From Podarcis cretensis (taxonomy: Eukaryota), in contig OX638163.1 of NCBI GenBank assembly GCA_951804945.1, positions 26,660,001-26,724,000 on the forward strand: 64,000 nt of DNA. Reading direction: 5' to 3'. Each line of letters starts with the position of its first letter. Within the stretch, counting starts at the first letter, position 1. The notes under the pieces were generated by a model. That model was not told where the DNA came from. It was given only the letters and a program-made list of their open reading frames with translations, and ran no database searches. Below are positions 11,681 through 24,477 of the stretch, in pieces. A program made the translations under genes and the position numbers.

Positions 11681-12965
11681 ACAATAACAATACATAAACT
11701 GGGTATAATATATTCTGGATTCAGTGAACCAACCTCAGCTAAGCACATCAGAAGGTACAGTGGTTGTTTTAACACAGTCTGGGAAATAAAAAAAAAGACC
11801 AGCTAGCTTGGCTTTGTAGTTTCTTCCTTTTAAACTTACTTGCACAAACATTCTGTATTTTTCATGATAAGAGAATATTTGTTTTTTTAAAAAAAAACAC
11901 ACATTTCCTTTACCATTCCCTTTCTCATGCTAAATACTTTTGATAAGAGGCATCTATCTACATCTTTATAAGCTAAATAAGCTTTTGCAATTTTTGCTCA
12001 CATGCAAATCTCACTATATCCACAGACACCTTTGGCACTCCTGTTTAATCCTTTTCCATTTCAATTTGCTCACTTCTATATTCCATTACTGGCCTTTGAT
12101 ATGAATGACCACTTTGAGTGAGCAGAATTAAATAGAAGGTAAGAAATTGATGATACTGGTTTCCACCTGATTTGGATTGCAACTTTCACCTTAACAGCTG
12201 AGGAACTGTTGATAACTATGATCACCCAGTTGTTTTGTTTGTGATAATTAACTATTTATTCTTGCATTCATCGATGCAAAGCAATTGCTTTTATTGATAC
12301 CAGTGGCATTTTAAACAATGCTTTATTTTAAAACAATTTGTCATATGGAAGTGATTTTTTTTGTGGTTTCTTAGTTCATTGGTCAGAGGGAAAAACTGCT
12401 TTTATTTCTTGCTTGTAGTTGCCTGCAAAATAAAGTGTTATTTTAAATCAAATGAAATACTGCTATATCGCATTGCCCTAAAGGAGGGGAGAGAACACTT
12501 TTAAAACACCAGGAAGCATAAGGATAGAACCAGAAAGGCATGAACTCCTATGTGATGGGGATATGGGCCAGCTTTGGGGTAATTGGGGGTCACAGAAAAT
12601 GATGTTGGGGAGCCACATGCTTCCCACCTGTGGTCTACACTTTGGAAGAGACTGTTCACTCTGTGGGAAAAGCAAAGCTGCACAGAAATTGATTGACTGA
12701 TAATAAAGAAACAGGTTGACAATTTGGAAGAGTGTCAACACAAGGAAGAAGCAGCCTTGCTGGTGGTTTCTGTTGTGGGGGTAGGTTTAAAGATCTCAAG
12801 AATGACATGAGGTCTCTCACATTAGGGAATCACTTTTTTATTTAAGGATACTATTCTGAAATGTTAAGAGAATGTGTGATTAATGGGCAGGCTGTGTGTG
12901 TCACTCAGCACTAGTGATGTCATTAACATGCTAATAGCATTTTCTCAATGACAGGAAACTAAGAT

Positions 12966-13061
12966 TGAGTAATGACAGCAAACGGTATCTCCACAAAAGA
13001 ATATCTGCAGTGGTGAGTAATGACAGCAAACGGTATCTCCACAAAAGAATATCTGCAGTGG
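12966..13061. repeat. Perfect 48-bp tandem duplication
   Basis: TGAGTAATGACAGCAAACGGTATCTCCACAAAAGAATATCTGCAGTGG x2. Confidence 0.95.
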
Positions 13062-13767
13062 GGAATTACAAGCCTCTCTTTTCATAGCATCCCAAATTTG
13101 TGAAACAGGAGAGTGGTTCCACATGTTTACAGGTGACTGATCCTCTGCCTTGCCATACACAAGGGCAAAGGTGAAAGAAAATCTTGCATGGACAAGATTC
13201 TGCCTGTCATCAGGTCACAGCCAACCCAGCCATACAATAAATCAATATTTATGGCTTACAGTAGTCAGAGTATTTGTGGGAAATAACCATTTGCAGAGTT
13301 CTCTCAAGCATGGGCAACAGCCCTGACACACTTTTTGATAGAGTCAGATGCTTTCCTGGGGCATACTTCTTAGCTCCACTAAACTAAAATCACATCAAAG
13401 GTGTGTACTAAATTTTATAGGAAGGCTAAGGAAGCACAATCCTCTCTGTTAAATCAGAAAATAAATGTACACTAGAAAATGCATGGTGTGGGGGAAAAGA
13501 AGGATATAGGGCTAGAATATCAGGCACACATTCCCTATAGCCACACACATGATAAATCACATCGTTTTAGGTGCCTTGATTCCCCTAAATTCCTGGGTGC
13601 CAGATCCTCTGCCAAGTTCCGGGGTCTAGTGGATGTCAGAGTTTCATCAGTTCTTGGCGTATTAATATGGGCTGCCAGATAATGGATTTAGCAAAGTGTT
13701 AAAATATAGGCTCAACAAGTTTCCCATTAAGGAAATCACCTGGGATAAAAGCCATTCTGGAGAATAA

Positions 13768-13795
13768 AACAACAACAACAACAACAACAACAACA
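13768..13795. repeat. (AAC)n microsatellite
   Basis: Read directly. Confidence 0.95.
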
Positions 13796-15682
13796 GTGCC
13801 TCATTTCCAAAGGAAACACACAACCTGGGTAAGTGCCTGAACCCCATGACATATCAGACCGTTTGGAGATTAGGATGGTGTGTAACAATATTCATTCTCA
13901 TCTCCAAAAACATATAAAATGGCTTCGTGCTTTCAAATATATAACACTTATTTTAATTTGTTTGCTTTTTTAATAAAAAATGAAAAGAATCTGGTTCAGA
14001 ATTAAAAACTGTCCACAATGCAATGATTGTTTCAATGCCCTGAAAAATCAAACCAGAAAAAACACCAACCTGGCAATCTTGATTTCAGCATTCTTGCGTA
14101 GATTCTTGTTTTGTTTTTTTAATTTTTGTAGAACTCATCCTCAATTTTCTAACTATTTTTACAGAGTCTTGACATCTCTAATTAGAAGTTTTACATACAG
14201 GCAAGTGAATTTACCCCCAGCTGGGAAAACATGGCTTAGCAAGAGTTTTACATCTGCCCTCATTGATCTACAGATTATCTCACATTCAAGACTCTGCAGC
14301 CTCTGGGAGCAGCAAAGAAAGGAAACAAATGTGAGAAAGAGCATTGAAAAATGTTTCTTGGCTTCTGGGTTCAGCAGATCACGTTTGGCAGTCTGTAGAC
14401 AGGGAAATGTGTGTGTGTATGTGTGTATTTTCCCATGCAATAAGTCATTGCTGGTGGGGAAGGAAATAAAAAAGCGGATAACCATAGCTGAAATTAAGCA
14501 AGCCACAACTTAATTGAAAATGCTCAAGATGAGAGTGAAGTGGAAGGGGCTGAAATGCTTCTAACCCCTCCCCCCAAAAGGAGATTCTCAGGAAAATTGG
14601 CATTGATAGCTACAAAGTAACCTGGCACCCCCAACTCAAACTTGTGCTAGGGTTGGGTAACAAACTCAATTGAGCTTGCAGGTAAAGGTGAATTTATGTA
14701 ATTTGCACCTTCTGTGGACTGAACACAGCCATCCTTCAAAATTTGCACTTCTCTGAATTTTGCAGTTGAATTCTTCAGCCAAGTAATGTGTGCAGTAGTG
14801 CACATATTAGGATAAAATATGCATAAAAACGAACATTTCCATTCTCCTTTAAGTGGAAGAAGCAGAGCAAAGCACCAACTGAATCACCCTCCCCACCCTA
14901 CAGTGGTAAAGCATGTGTTGAGCAGACCACCTTCTCTCTGTCACCCAATAGGATTTTTCTGTCATCTCCATGCAGAGGACCCACTGTAATACTTTGTTCT
15001 TCTTCCTCTTCAAACATAGCTGAATAAACCTTTTATTATTATTTTTAATCTCTCCTGCAAGCTTGAGCTCATTCTGGGCTTTGTGCTGCCTGACCTACCT
15101 GTGCATTTCTCATTTCTTCTATTTCTTATACATTCCCTTCTTACATCTCAGCTCTTCTTATGCAGCCACATTGGTTTGTTTAGGTGCCTCCCACCTTTCT
15201 TTGTTTTTGGAATTGTCTGCCTTTGTGCCTTCAATATTTCACCTTTAAGAAACCCCCATCTCTTTTGGACACCCTTCTCTTTGAGTATTTCTGGCCATGG
15301 CATTTCACCCAGTAGAAGCTTTTTGAAATCAGCCTTCTATAATGAAACCCAAGAGGACATGATCACTTCTTTCTAAGATTCACTGTACTTCTACTTTGTC
15401 AATCAGTCCCTCCATGTTTGTGAAGACCAGGTCCAAAAGGTAAGGCCCCCTTGTTGCTTCTTCCATCTTCTGGGAAATGAAATTGTCAGAGAGGCACTGA
15501 GGAATTTCTTGAACCTTACATTCTTGGCAAAGTTTTCATTGCATCAGATATCAAGGAAGTTGAAGTCTCTCATGACTACTATATCTCTAGGAAGGCATCA
15601 TCCAATTCTTCAGTCTGTAGCAGACACCCACAGTAAGGTCACTGCTGTTTCCCTCTCCAACAATTTTTACCTATATATTCTC

Positions 15683-17403
15683 TTTTTTTAAAAATAATAT
15701 TTATTAAACATTTTTAGATATGACAGAAAAAAGAAAAGAAATAAAACATCCATTTTATATCCTTATATTCATTAACATCTTTCCAGGACTTCCCCACCCC
15801 ACCCCCTCTTGTATTCCAATTCCTTCAAATAGATTCAACAAGTTCTTACCCCAAATTTTAAACTTATTATAATTAACCCAATGTTAAAAATATTTTTCCC
15901 TCCCCTAAGATCGACCCCGCTCCCTTCCACGAGTTCCCCTTTTTAATATGCAGAACAGATTAAAATAAAAGAAAAAAGAAAAAAGAATAAAATATAGTTT
16001 AACACCCTTTGGATTCCAAATTTCCCTCCCCCCTTTCCCGGTTGCGTTCCATCAGTGCCTGTTGTCATCCTGGAGATCCCACATCTAGGTCGAAATCCTT
16101 CACAAGTCCACTCTGCCGTCTTTTTAATAGTCTTTGCCATCTTTTTAATCATCTTTAATTTCGAGCGTCCGATCTTGGAAAAACTCTGTCTCAAAAAGGT
16201 CCATTTTTTCCATCCAGGTCTCTATATTTAAGAGTAAAATCTCCAATTTTGTTTCTTTAAGCCTTTCAAATCTGGATGTCCCAAATGTTCCTACTTCCTG
16301 CTTTGTCCAATTCTTGTTGTTCATGTTGTTCTTATTATTCTCTCTCCTCACTTTCCTCTGGTTTCTTTTCCTGCTCCACTGCAAAAATGTTCCAATTCCA
16401 AAAGCTTCTAAATCCCCCACAGAGGCTTTGTTATTCAGGAACAAAACTTCACGTCCAGTCCCTTCCATTCTTCAATAGATAAATCTATTGTCTCCTTTAG
16501 TGTAGAGACCTCTGTAGACAAAATAGTGTTCCATTTCTGCAGTTTCCCAGGAGATAAAAAATCCAATTCAAATTCCATGCCAGCAATACTTGTAATGTCC
16601 CACAGCCCCTCTAGAGGGATTAAAGTAACTCAGTTTCCTTCCAGATTGTACCCAACAGTCAAAGTAACTTGTTATTCCTTGTTTTAAACAATTTATATCT
16701 AATTTGTAACAAATGTAACCGGCAAAGTCCTCATAACAAAGTTCTCTTTTTATTCTTCAGCTTTGACAGCTCCTTTGACAGCTGTCAAAGCCTCTATTTC
16801 TCCTCTCCCGGCGCTCTCGCAAATCGCTCCCGGTTCCCGGGGGGGGGGGTTGCATTTTAGCTCACGTTCTACTTTTCTCCTCCAGCCCAGTCTTATAATT
16901 TTCCATCATGGAATTAATAACTTTATCAAACCAAGGTAGCACTCGATCTTAGTTGTTAAATCCTTTGCTTTAAATCCTCTACGACAGGGGGGAGACGGAC
17001 TTCCTTTTTGCACCTCCCCCGCTCGCTCCGAATTTTTTTAAAATTTTTTTCCCCTTTTTAAGTCCAGTTTCCAATTACTCACGGGTTGTTCTTTAATCTG
17101 AATTTTCAATAGAAGAAGTCAGCGCTCTCCGCCAAATGGCATGCGGCTTCGCTCGGCAGGGGAAGCGGAGGACTCATAGCACCACCACCCCGGCACCCGC
17201 TCCGTAGCCTTTAAAAAGGCTCCTTCGCGGGTCGGGGGGGCGCAAACGGTGTCCGCCGAGTCACCATGCCCATGGGTTTCAGCGCCCATGGTTTTTGAGG
17301 GTCCCCGCGACGCCGACGCGGTAGAACCCAGCCCCTGCCGAGCAGGCTCCCTACGGAGCTCGGAGGGAGTCCGCCATTCGGCGATGGCGCCAACCCGGAA
17401 GCC
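15683..17403 (-). mobile_element. Non-autonomous L1-type retroposon (1.72 kb, HAL1-like, ORF2 absent)
   Basis: 7-bp TSD TATTCTC (15676-15682 / 17404-17410); CpG-island-like 5' end GGCTTCCGGGTTGGCGCCATCGCCGAATGGCGG; broken coiled-coil-like ORF1 remnants (MEFELDFLSPGKLQKW...); AATAAA and A-tail at the 3' end. Confidence 0.85.
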
Positions 17404-17433
17404 TATTCTCAATCTGCTTTCCATGCTCTAAAT

Positions 17434-17668
17434 CAGGGATGTCCAACCAGTAGATTGTGATCTACCAGTAGATCCCCAGCTGATCCTGGTAGATTGATTG
17501 CAGGATCCTTATCGTATACAAAAAGTTACAAGGAAAAAGCTAAAAAAACTCTGTGCAATCCTTCCCCCCAAAAGCCCAAGAACTCTGGGCAATGCATCCA
17601 CCCCACGAATGCTCCTCTCTCCAATGACAATGGGTAGATCACTGTCTCTTGGGAGTTGGATATGCCTG
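17434..17668. mobile_element. hAT-type MITE
   Basis: TIR CAGGGATGTCCAAC...GTTGGATATGCCTG; perfect 8-bp TSD CTCTAAAT. Confidence 0.85.
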
Positions 17669-18503
17669 CTCTAAATCACCAATTTCTTCATAAGTGTACA
17701 CATCCCTTACATCCTGTATAATGTTGCTACTCCTCCCTTTATGTTTGATTTATTCCCTTTGAGCAAGTTGTACCCCTCATTTTCTACATCCTACATTTCT
17801 TGAATGCCTATTATGTCATATTTGCCACCCTGTATAAAGAATGTAAGTTCTTCTTGCTTGTTTCCCATACTCGTGTAGAGACAACTGAAACCATGCTGCC
17901 CTTCCTTTGAAGGGAGTCACCTGCCACCACCACACATCTCTTCCTTCTCTGGGGAGCAGCAGCAACCGGTTTGTACAATGTACTCTCCACTGCCATCTCA
18001 GTGTGTTCTGAGGTCTGCAAGCACTGTACTTGCTCCTCTGAGTGAGAATTGGTGTCTGAGGTGAGAGTATGAAATCAATTTTGTAGCTCCAAAGACATAG
18101 CATGGCTTCTAACAGTCCTGCTTTTCTGTGTCATGACTCATGATCTTCCAGGGTGTTGCCTCATTTTATAGCTGAAGTATATTCTTCTGCTGAAAAGAGT
18201 CAGTCCTTAACATCTTCTGTCTATGACTGTGGGGCAACTGAAGTCTTCACAGCATCCCACAATTCTCTGGGTCTCAGTGCTTCCTGCCTCTCTGCCTTCA
18301 GCTCCTTTGTGGCCTCCCAGGCTCCAGCCTCCATTCACAGAGCAACAGTAACCGCTTGCAGTGAGGGGGGCAGGTGGAGGGAGGGAGATGGGCACAGGGT
18401 TTTGTGGGTGGACACGGCTGTGAGGGAGTGGAGTGCAGAGGAGCCTGACTGAGACTGAAGAGGAGGAAGAGAAGGTGGGAGGAATGTACCATTGATAACA
18501 GTG

Positions 18504-18974
18504 TGGTAGGGAATGGAGGGGAGGGCTAGGAATTGCCCCCTCTGTCCCCTCAGCTCCTTTTGGAAGAGGAGTGAAAGTGGGAAAATTTTCAAGTAGTTTC
18601 AAGAGGAGAAGGAGACAGGGTTGATTTGCAGCTGCAGGAAAAACTGCCAAGTTACAAGATAGTGGGAGAGAGGGCGAAAGTTGGAGAGCAGCCAGCAGAC
18701 ACTTCCTTAGAGCGTCTGGGAACTTCTTCTCCAAGGACTCACCGATCACTCAGAATTCAAGAACAAAGGATGCTGTGGAATTTGAACCCTGTGGCGTCCT
18801 GTAGATTCACAGATTGTTGTTGGAGAAGGAAAGGGAGGGGTCAGAGTGGGCAACATCCTAATGGCGTCCAGGACCAGATTCTTTGGTCTGTTTCACTGTT
18901 ACTGAATAAAACCATAAATACGAACTTTGATCCTGGAGGCTGCCAGGGGAGGAGATAATCCCTTAAGCCTGACA
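18504..18974 (+). mobile_element. Solo LTR (Gypsy-like, old)
   Basis: TG...CCTGACA termini, 5-bp TSD CAGTG (18499-18503 / 18975-18979), AATAAA at ~18905, decayed acidic ORF in U3; homologous to 47365-47600. Confidence 0.7.
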
Positions 18975-21900
18975 CAGTGTCAGCCAGCAGCTGGAAGAGC
19001 CCTAGTTCAGTCAATCCCAAACACACCTGAAGTCACATATGGTGTTGAGTGTTTGGTAGGTGGTAAATGGCCTCTTGTGCCTAAGCAGGCCCAAAGATTG
19101 GTGATTCCCAACTGCTGGATATTGTTTTGTTTTATTTCATGTTAAATGCATTGGGCATCTTTTGGGGAGGAAAAGTGGAATATAAATAAATTTAACATAA
19201 TAAAATAGAAATGGCAGCACCATCTAGCTTTTCCACCAATTGACATGTCTTCATTTCAACATATTGTTTTGGTGCATTCAATGGGACTATATTAAAAAGG
19301 TCACTTTTCCTTAATGTGCTGAGCATGCTGTAGCTGGCTAGTGTTAATCTTTTAATTAAAAGGTCAGATCACTCATCTTCGTCTCCTTAGACCGACTGTC
19401 ACTATATTATTTTCTTTGCAAATGAGCTGATCCAGTACTAGATAATAATGTGAATCATTGATGCAAATTGTGAACAAAGGAATCAAATAATAATGTTTGG
19501 TTGAAATCATAATCTATGTTCCAAGTGAAGATGAGAAAACTGCCTTTAAGGGTGTTTTTTCATTTTCTTTTCTTTTTGTGGTGTACCTGAAAGATTAGAA
19601 TAAATTGAAAAAGCCCTGGTGCCATAAAAGCTATTTTCATTATTTAAACCACAGTCAGATTCTTTGAGTATCTTCTGATAAGATCTGAGTCTAATTGCCT
19701 ACCAAGGCTCTTTAGAAGGAACTCTCTTATTTTTCATTCATATTTCCTAAATGATGTGCTCTGATGCTAATACAGAGTCCTGCAGGAAGATTTTCTTTTC
19801 CTTCAGATTCTCAGATTCACCGGACAGAATTTTTTTCTTTATTATCCTAAGAATTGATTAGATATTATATGTGTGTATGTGTGTGTATGCACGTGCGCAA
19901 ACACGCACACAGAGCACATATATGTATATAATATATATGGATTTATCAAACATTATGTGTTGTATCCAGTGCAGTGCTATGTAAAAGCCACTTAGTTTCA
20001 TCTACACCTGGTGAAATGTTTATTCTAGTGGATCATTGTTGCACACAAAAATGTGTAAGAAGGTTGCTGGCAGCAGATTGCACAATCTTTTGCACAATGA
20101 GTTTTTGCTACCAACACGGTCATGCTGGATTTCTCTGTTCTTCAGCATTATATCTCACCTGTCCATTAGTGCAAGAGCCCTAGCTAAGGAAGCATCATAT
20201 CTCGTCCTCCAATTTCTTTAAAAGTGTGTCTTTTCTTCTGCAAAATATGCTTCCATTTTTCTGCTTTATTCTTGTGACACCTTAGAATTTGTGGGGTTTT
20301 GAGCTTATGCTATCATTATAAAGTGACCAAGGGTGGTTTTTTGTGTGTCTTGTTTAAGCAAAGATTTCTCCAGCACTCTACAGTCTCCCTGGGAGCTAGA
20401 AGTTATTGCTCTGAAAAAGCCCTAAGTGAGAAGATACCTCATGGCATTTCCCCATGGGCATTAATTAAAGCATGGGCACCCACAAAGTCTGCAGACCACT
20501 GATGATCTGTGGAGTGAAAATAGAGGCATGCCCAGATACCCCTGAGCCATTTCAAAAGTAAGTTAAATGTGACAAAACCCTTGTACCTCACCCATGATAA
20601 TTTCACTGACTCCCTCCTTCCCTTTGATAATTTCCAAATGCGATTTCTTTTCTCATTAATTGATGGATAATGGTTAGAAAAAGAAGCACGTGAGAAAATT
20701 GAGAGCAAGATACTGCCTTCCGCTCCTATCTCTTATACTACTTTTACAGCTATTATGAAATCAGTTTCCCAAGCACCTTTCTCTCACAGTCTGTCATCAT
20801 TTGAATCACAAGCTGACAGAGTGATGCCAGTTCCCTGTGTTGTAGCTGATTTGATATGTGATATTCTTGGGATGTTCTTAAGGATGGGTTAGTATGGCTA
20901 TGTCACTTAAACAGAGGTATTCAGCTACTCAAAGGCAATTGTTAGATATCTTTAGCTTGGAAAGCAGCCTTTATCACACACAGTTCCTTCCTAACTGGAG
21001 AGCAGACTACAGTTAGATTGGGTTGTTTTCCAAGTTTGTCCCATGGCAAATTTTCCCTTGTAAGATATGCAGACTCTGTGAATGGGTAAATGTGCAGCTG
21101 CCACAAGATTTACCTTGCATCTGAAGCATTTGGGAGCAGCCTGATCAGTTTAGGATCTGCTCTTTGTCATTCCGATTCAAAGGTTGTGTACATACGTCAC
21201 TTTAAAGTGGATTTGATGCATCCTGTGTGCATCTGTTTTACACATGTTATTCACATGATGTTGCCTTCCTCTAAGTGGCAGCCTGCTCTTTCACCCCATT
21301 TAATCCAGATTTTCCCAATCTGCTGATAATTTACTACGAAGAAGAAAAATCCAACATAAAATTACATGTTACCTAGCAGCTGACATAGTGAAGTACATTG
21401 TGTGGGCATTTCAGTTTTTTAAGTGTTTGGCAACATGTTGGTGCTACCTATCACCACACTCTGTACTTCATTTACAGTGGGCTGCTGTTGGGGTCAAGCA
21501 TGACATACTCTATTATTTTTTTAAAAAAAAACCTGCTGTTATATGCAAGTCTGGCAGATTGGAAAGGAAACTTGTAGCTTGTAAAACAATAGATAAATTG
21601 ACCACATACAGGTAAACAAACACCTGCATACATGCCCACGATGGACCTCAGGTTTCTGGAGCTCAGGGTGGTGGTGGTGGTGGGTCTATTGGTGGGTCCA
21701 GGTGTGACAAGCACATTTTTGATGTTTTGTGAAAGGTCTGGTATATCAGAAAAATTGTTAACTCAAAAAATTATTTTGAAAAATTGCACCTTGCACTTAG
21801 GCAAAAAGTACCTGCACTGTGCACAAGTGTCACAGTGAACCTCAGATTTCTAGAACCCAGGGAGGAGACAATAGCACACTGTGTGAACATATCTCACCAA

Positions 21901-24235
21901 ACACCACCCACTAGCATGGATAGAAACATCAAGACAGAGTTCAATTGAAAGTGCTCACATGTGGACGAATGTGCACAACAGCACGTGTGGAAAAGGGGCA
22001 TCAGTGCAACCCATATGCACATTAACACTCAGGTGTGTGAAGAATAAATTTGTTATCTAAGTTGTTAAATCTAAGCTGTTAAATCTGTTTTGCACACATT
22101 GACTATAATGGGGCAATGGATAAATGGATATTACTTTTTTCCTTTTTATGTAAATGATAAAATTTGCCGACAATTAAGGCCCTCCAGAACTGATGAGCTA
22201 GCCTGCCAAATATTCACTCCAAGGGTATCATGCAGAGAACTCTTGATTTTATTTTTAAAAGTCTCAATTAGGTGATAGATCTTTTTACATTTTGTCAGTT
22301 AACCATTGGGGAGACTTGATCACTTACATAAAGTTAGAAACTATTTGGCCTAAACGCTGCCCCCTTGACTCTACTCAATTTCCACCATTTTTTTTCTAGA
22401 TTTCAAAGAATTGATTTGAATTCAAACAAGTCACAAAACATATGTATGCATTTTGAAACGTATTGCTCCAAATAATAGTCCTGTTTTACATTGATGTTGG
22501 AGGGGAAAAATCAGCTTCTTTGTAGGGGAAACAGCAGCAGCGATGTGGGTCATTTGAATGCCAGGTTATATTGAATTTAGCATGAAGTCCCCAGATGGAT
22601 ATCTGTCTGATGGAAGCAGAAGCAACTGATGTGATTAAGGCCAGAGTTTTTGATTAGCTGGACTTTGACAAGGCTTATTGGATTGTGTCAGGTGGGGATT
22701 CTTGAGGAATTGCCTCTGTCTCAGAACCAAATCGCCAAGCTGACACGCTGGGGACTGTGGGACTTTACTGCAGATGAATCTGTAAAAGAATAATTTTAAT
22801 TGGCAGGAATGAAAGAGTGGGAAATGCTAGCGCATTAGCACAAAGAGACTTATTCTGACAGGTCAGTTTGTTTTCATTCCAAACGCCTTTCATTTGTGTG
22901 GTGGTAATCCACATGGAACCTACAGCATTCCCTCAGCATCCTTCAATCACGTGGTGTGCTGAAAGAATGCAAGACCTGGAATATTAGCTGTCCTGTTATG
23001 GGCTGAGATCACAGCTGGACCAATTATTAGTCAAGCATCACTAATGGGGCTACTGAGCAACCAGCCTGTGACAAGGAAGGTCGGGAGGTGTGGGGAGGGG
23101 GACCAAGGGTGCTGTTTACTGCACATGCTACTAATTAGTCGTCTCAGTAGCCATCGTTACATTGTAGAGTTAAGAGTTCAGTAGGTACTGCAAAACTGCA
23201 TCTTATTTGGTCCCATTGAATGTTAACTAATGATGTACTGCTGTGCATGGTTTGTAATTTTCTTGGGACTGCACAACCATTCTCACGAATTGTTTGAGAG
23301 GTGTGTTGCAGCAATGGGAGAATTCCATTGTGCTTTATTTATTGGAGAGGTGTTGGTAGGTTGGGGTAGCTTGAAGATTGGTCTCTCCTTTGGCTGGAAT
23401 CACCTAATTAATGAATGAATGAACTTTTCCACCAAGTTGCTCAGGGCCATGTTGTATACAGTCCTCCAGCACTGAAAGAGTTGTTCACTTTTGAAGTCCA
23501 TTTACAAGTGTTTTGTATTGAAACTGCTTGCAAACAGACTTCATACCTCTAACAAACTGTCAGCTGATTTCCTAATGATATCAAGTGATTGACAGGTAGG
23601 TGGCCCCACTCACCTGTCAAAGTCATGTGGAGATTTTCTTGCAAAACCTGTTTTGTGCTCAAAATATTCAAGATTTAATATGTGCAGAGCCCAGCACAAA
23701 ATGGATTGTTCCTTGGTGACCATGAGAAGTAAACCTCCCCACATGGAGGGTAATAAACACATTGGAGTTCCATTTTGTTCCACACCTTAGGAGTTAGGTC
23801 TGGGAAAGGATGTATCATTTCTGGATGACATCCATAACTTACCCTCAAATGTCTTCACCCATAAATCTATGTTGCTCCTTTTCTGCTTTCACCTGTAATT
23901 TTTCCTTTAAACTGCACCAAAAAATACGTTTAAATATGTATTTTAAATGCACAGTATTAACATAATTCTATTTCACTTATTTCATGACATTTATTTATTT
24001 TGAGCCAAGAACTGCATCAGAACATTTGGGAAGTATGAAAACCAATGAACAGGTAACTTCTAATCTGGGCATAAGACTGTATACACACCATACATTTAAA
24101 GCACATTGGAAGCATGCCCCCACAAAAACACTCAGAATTGTAGTTTGTTAGGAGTGCTGGAAATTGCGCATTTGTAAGGGATGAACTACAGTTCTCTGGA
24201 TTTGAGGGAGGAATATGCTCTGAATGTATTGTGTA

Positions 24236-24477
24236 CAGTGGTACCTCAGGTTACAGATGCTTCAGGTTACAAACGCTTCAGGTTACAGACTCTGCTAACC
24301 CAGAAATAGTACCTCGGGTTAAGAATTTTGCTTCAGGATGAGTACAGAAATTGTGTGGTGGCAGCGCGGCAGCAGCAGGAGGCCCCATTAGCTAAAGTGG
24401 TACCTCAGATTAAGAACGGTTTCAGGTTAAGAATGGACCTCCGGAATGAATTAAGTTCTTAACCCGAGGTACGACTG
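24236..24477. mobile_element. Tc1/mariner (Tigger-like) 242-bp MITE
   Basis: TA-flanked CAGTGGTACCTC...GAGGTACGACTG. Confidence 0.92.

Larger units (their letters stand above)
14985..18400 (-). mobile_element. Old CR1 LINE 5' half (decayed ORF1 plus ORF2 endonuclease/tether), interrupted by an L1-type element and a hAT MITE
   Basis: Minus-strand remnants: RKRCVVVAGDSLQR (CR1 ORF1 SGNH-esterase start, ~17910-17950), GYNLL..KGGVA.LY (APE domain, ~17715-17775), KAQNELKLAGEIKNNNKRF (tether, ~15025-15085); many stops and frameshifts; ends approximate. Confidence 0.75.

Noticed and set aside
13980-14513. 177-aa ORF
   Set aside because: No recognisable family, composition typical of AT-rich non-coding DNA, and no consistent exon boundaries
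18207-18749. 180-aa minus-strand ORF
   Set aside because: Spans the antisense strand of a solo LTR and decayed CR1 ORF1; a chimeric chance frame
22926-22971. Hairpin GCATTCCCTCAGCAT...GTGCTGAAAGAATGC as a miRNA precursor
   Set aside because: Stem of only ~15 bp and no match to any miRNA I recognise
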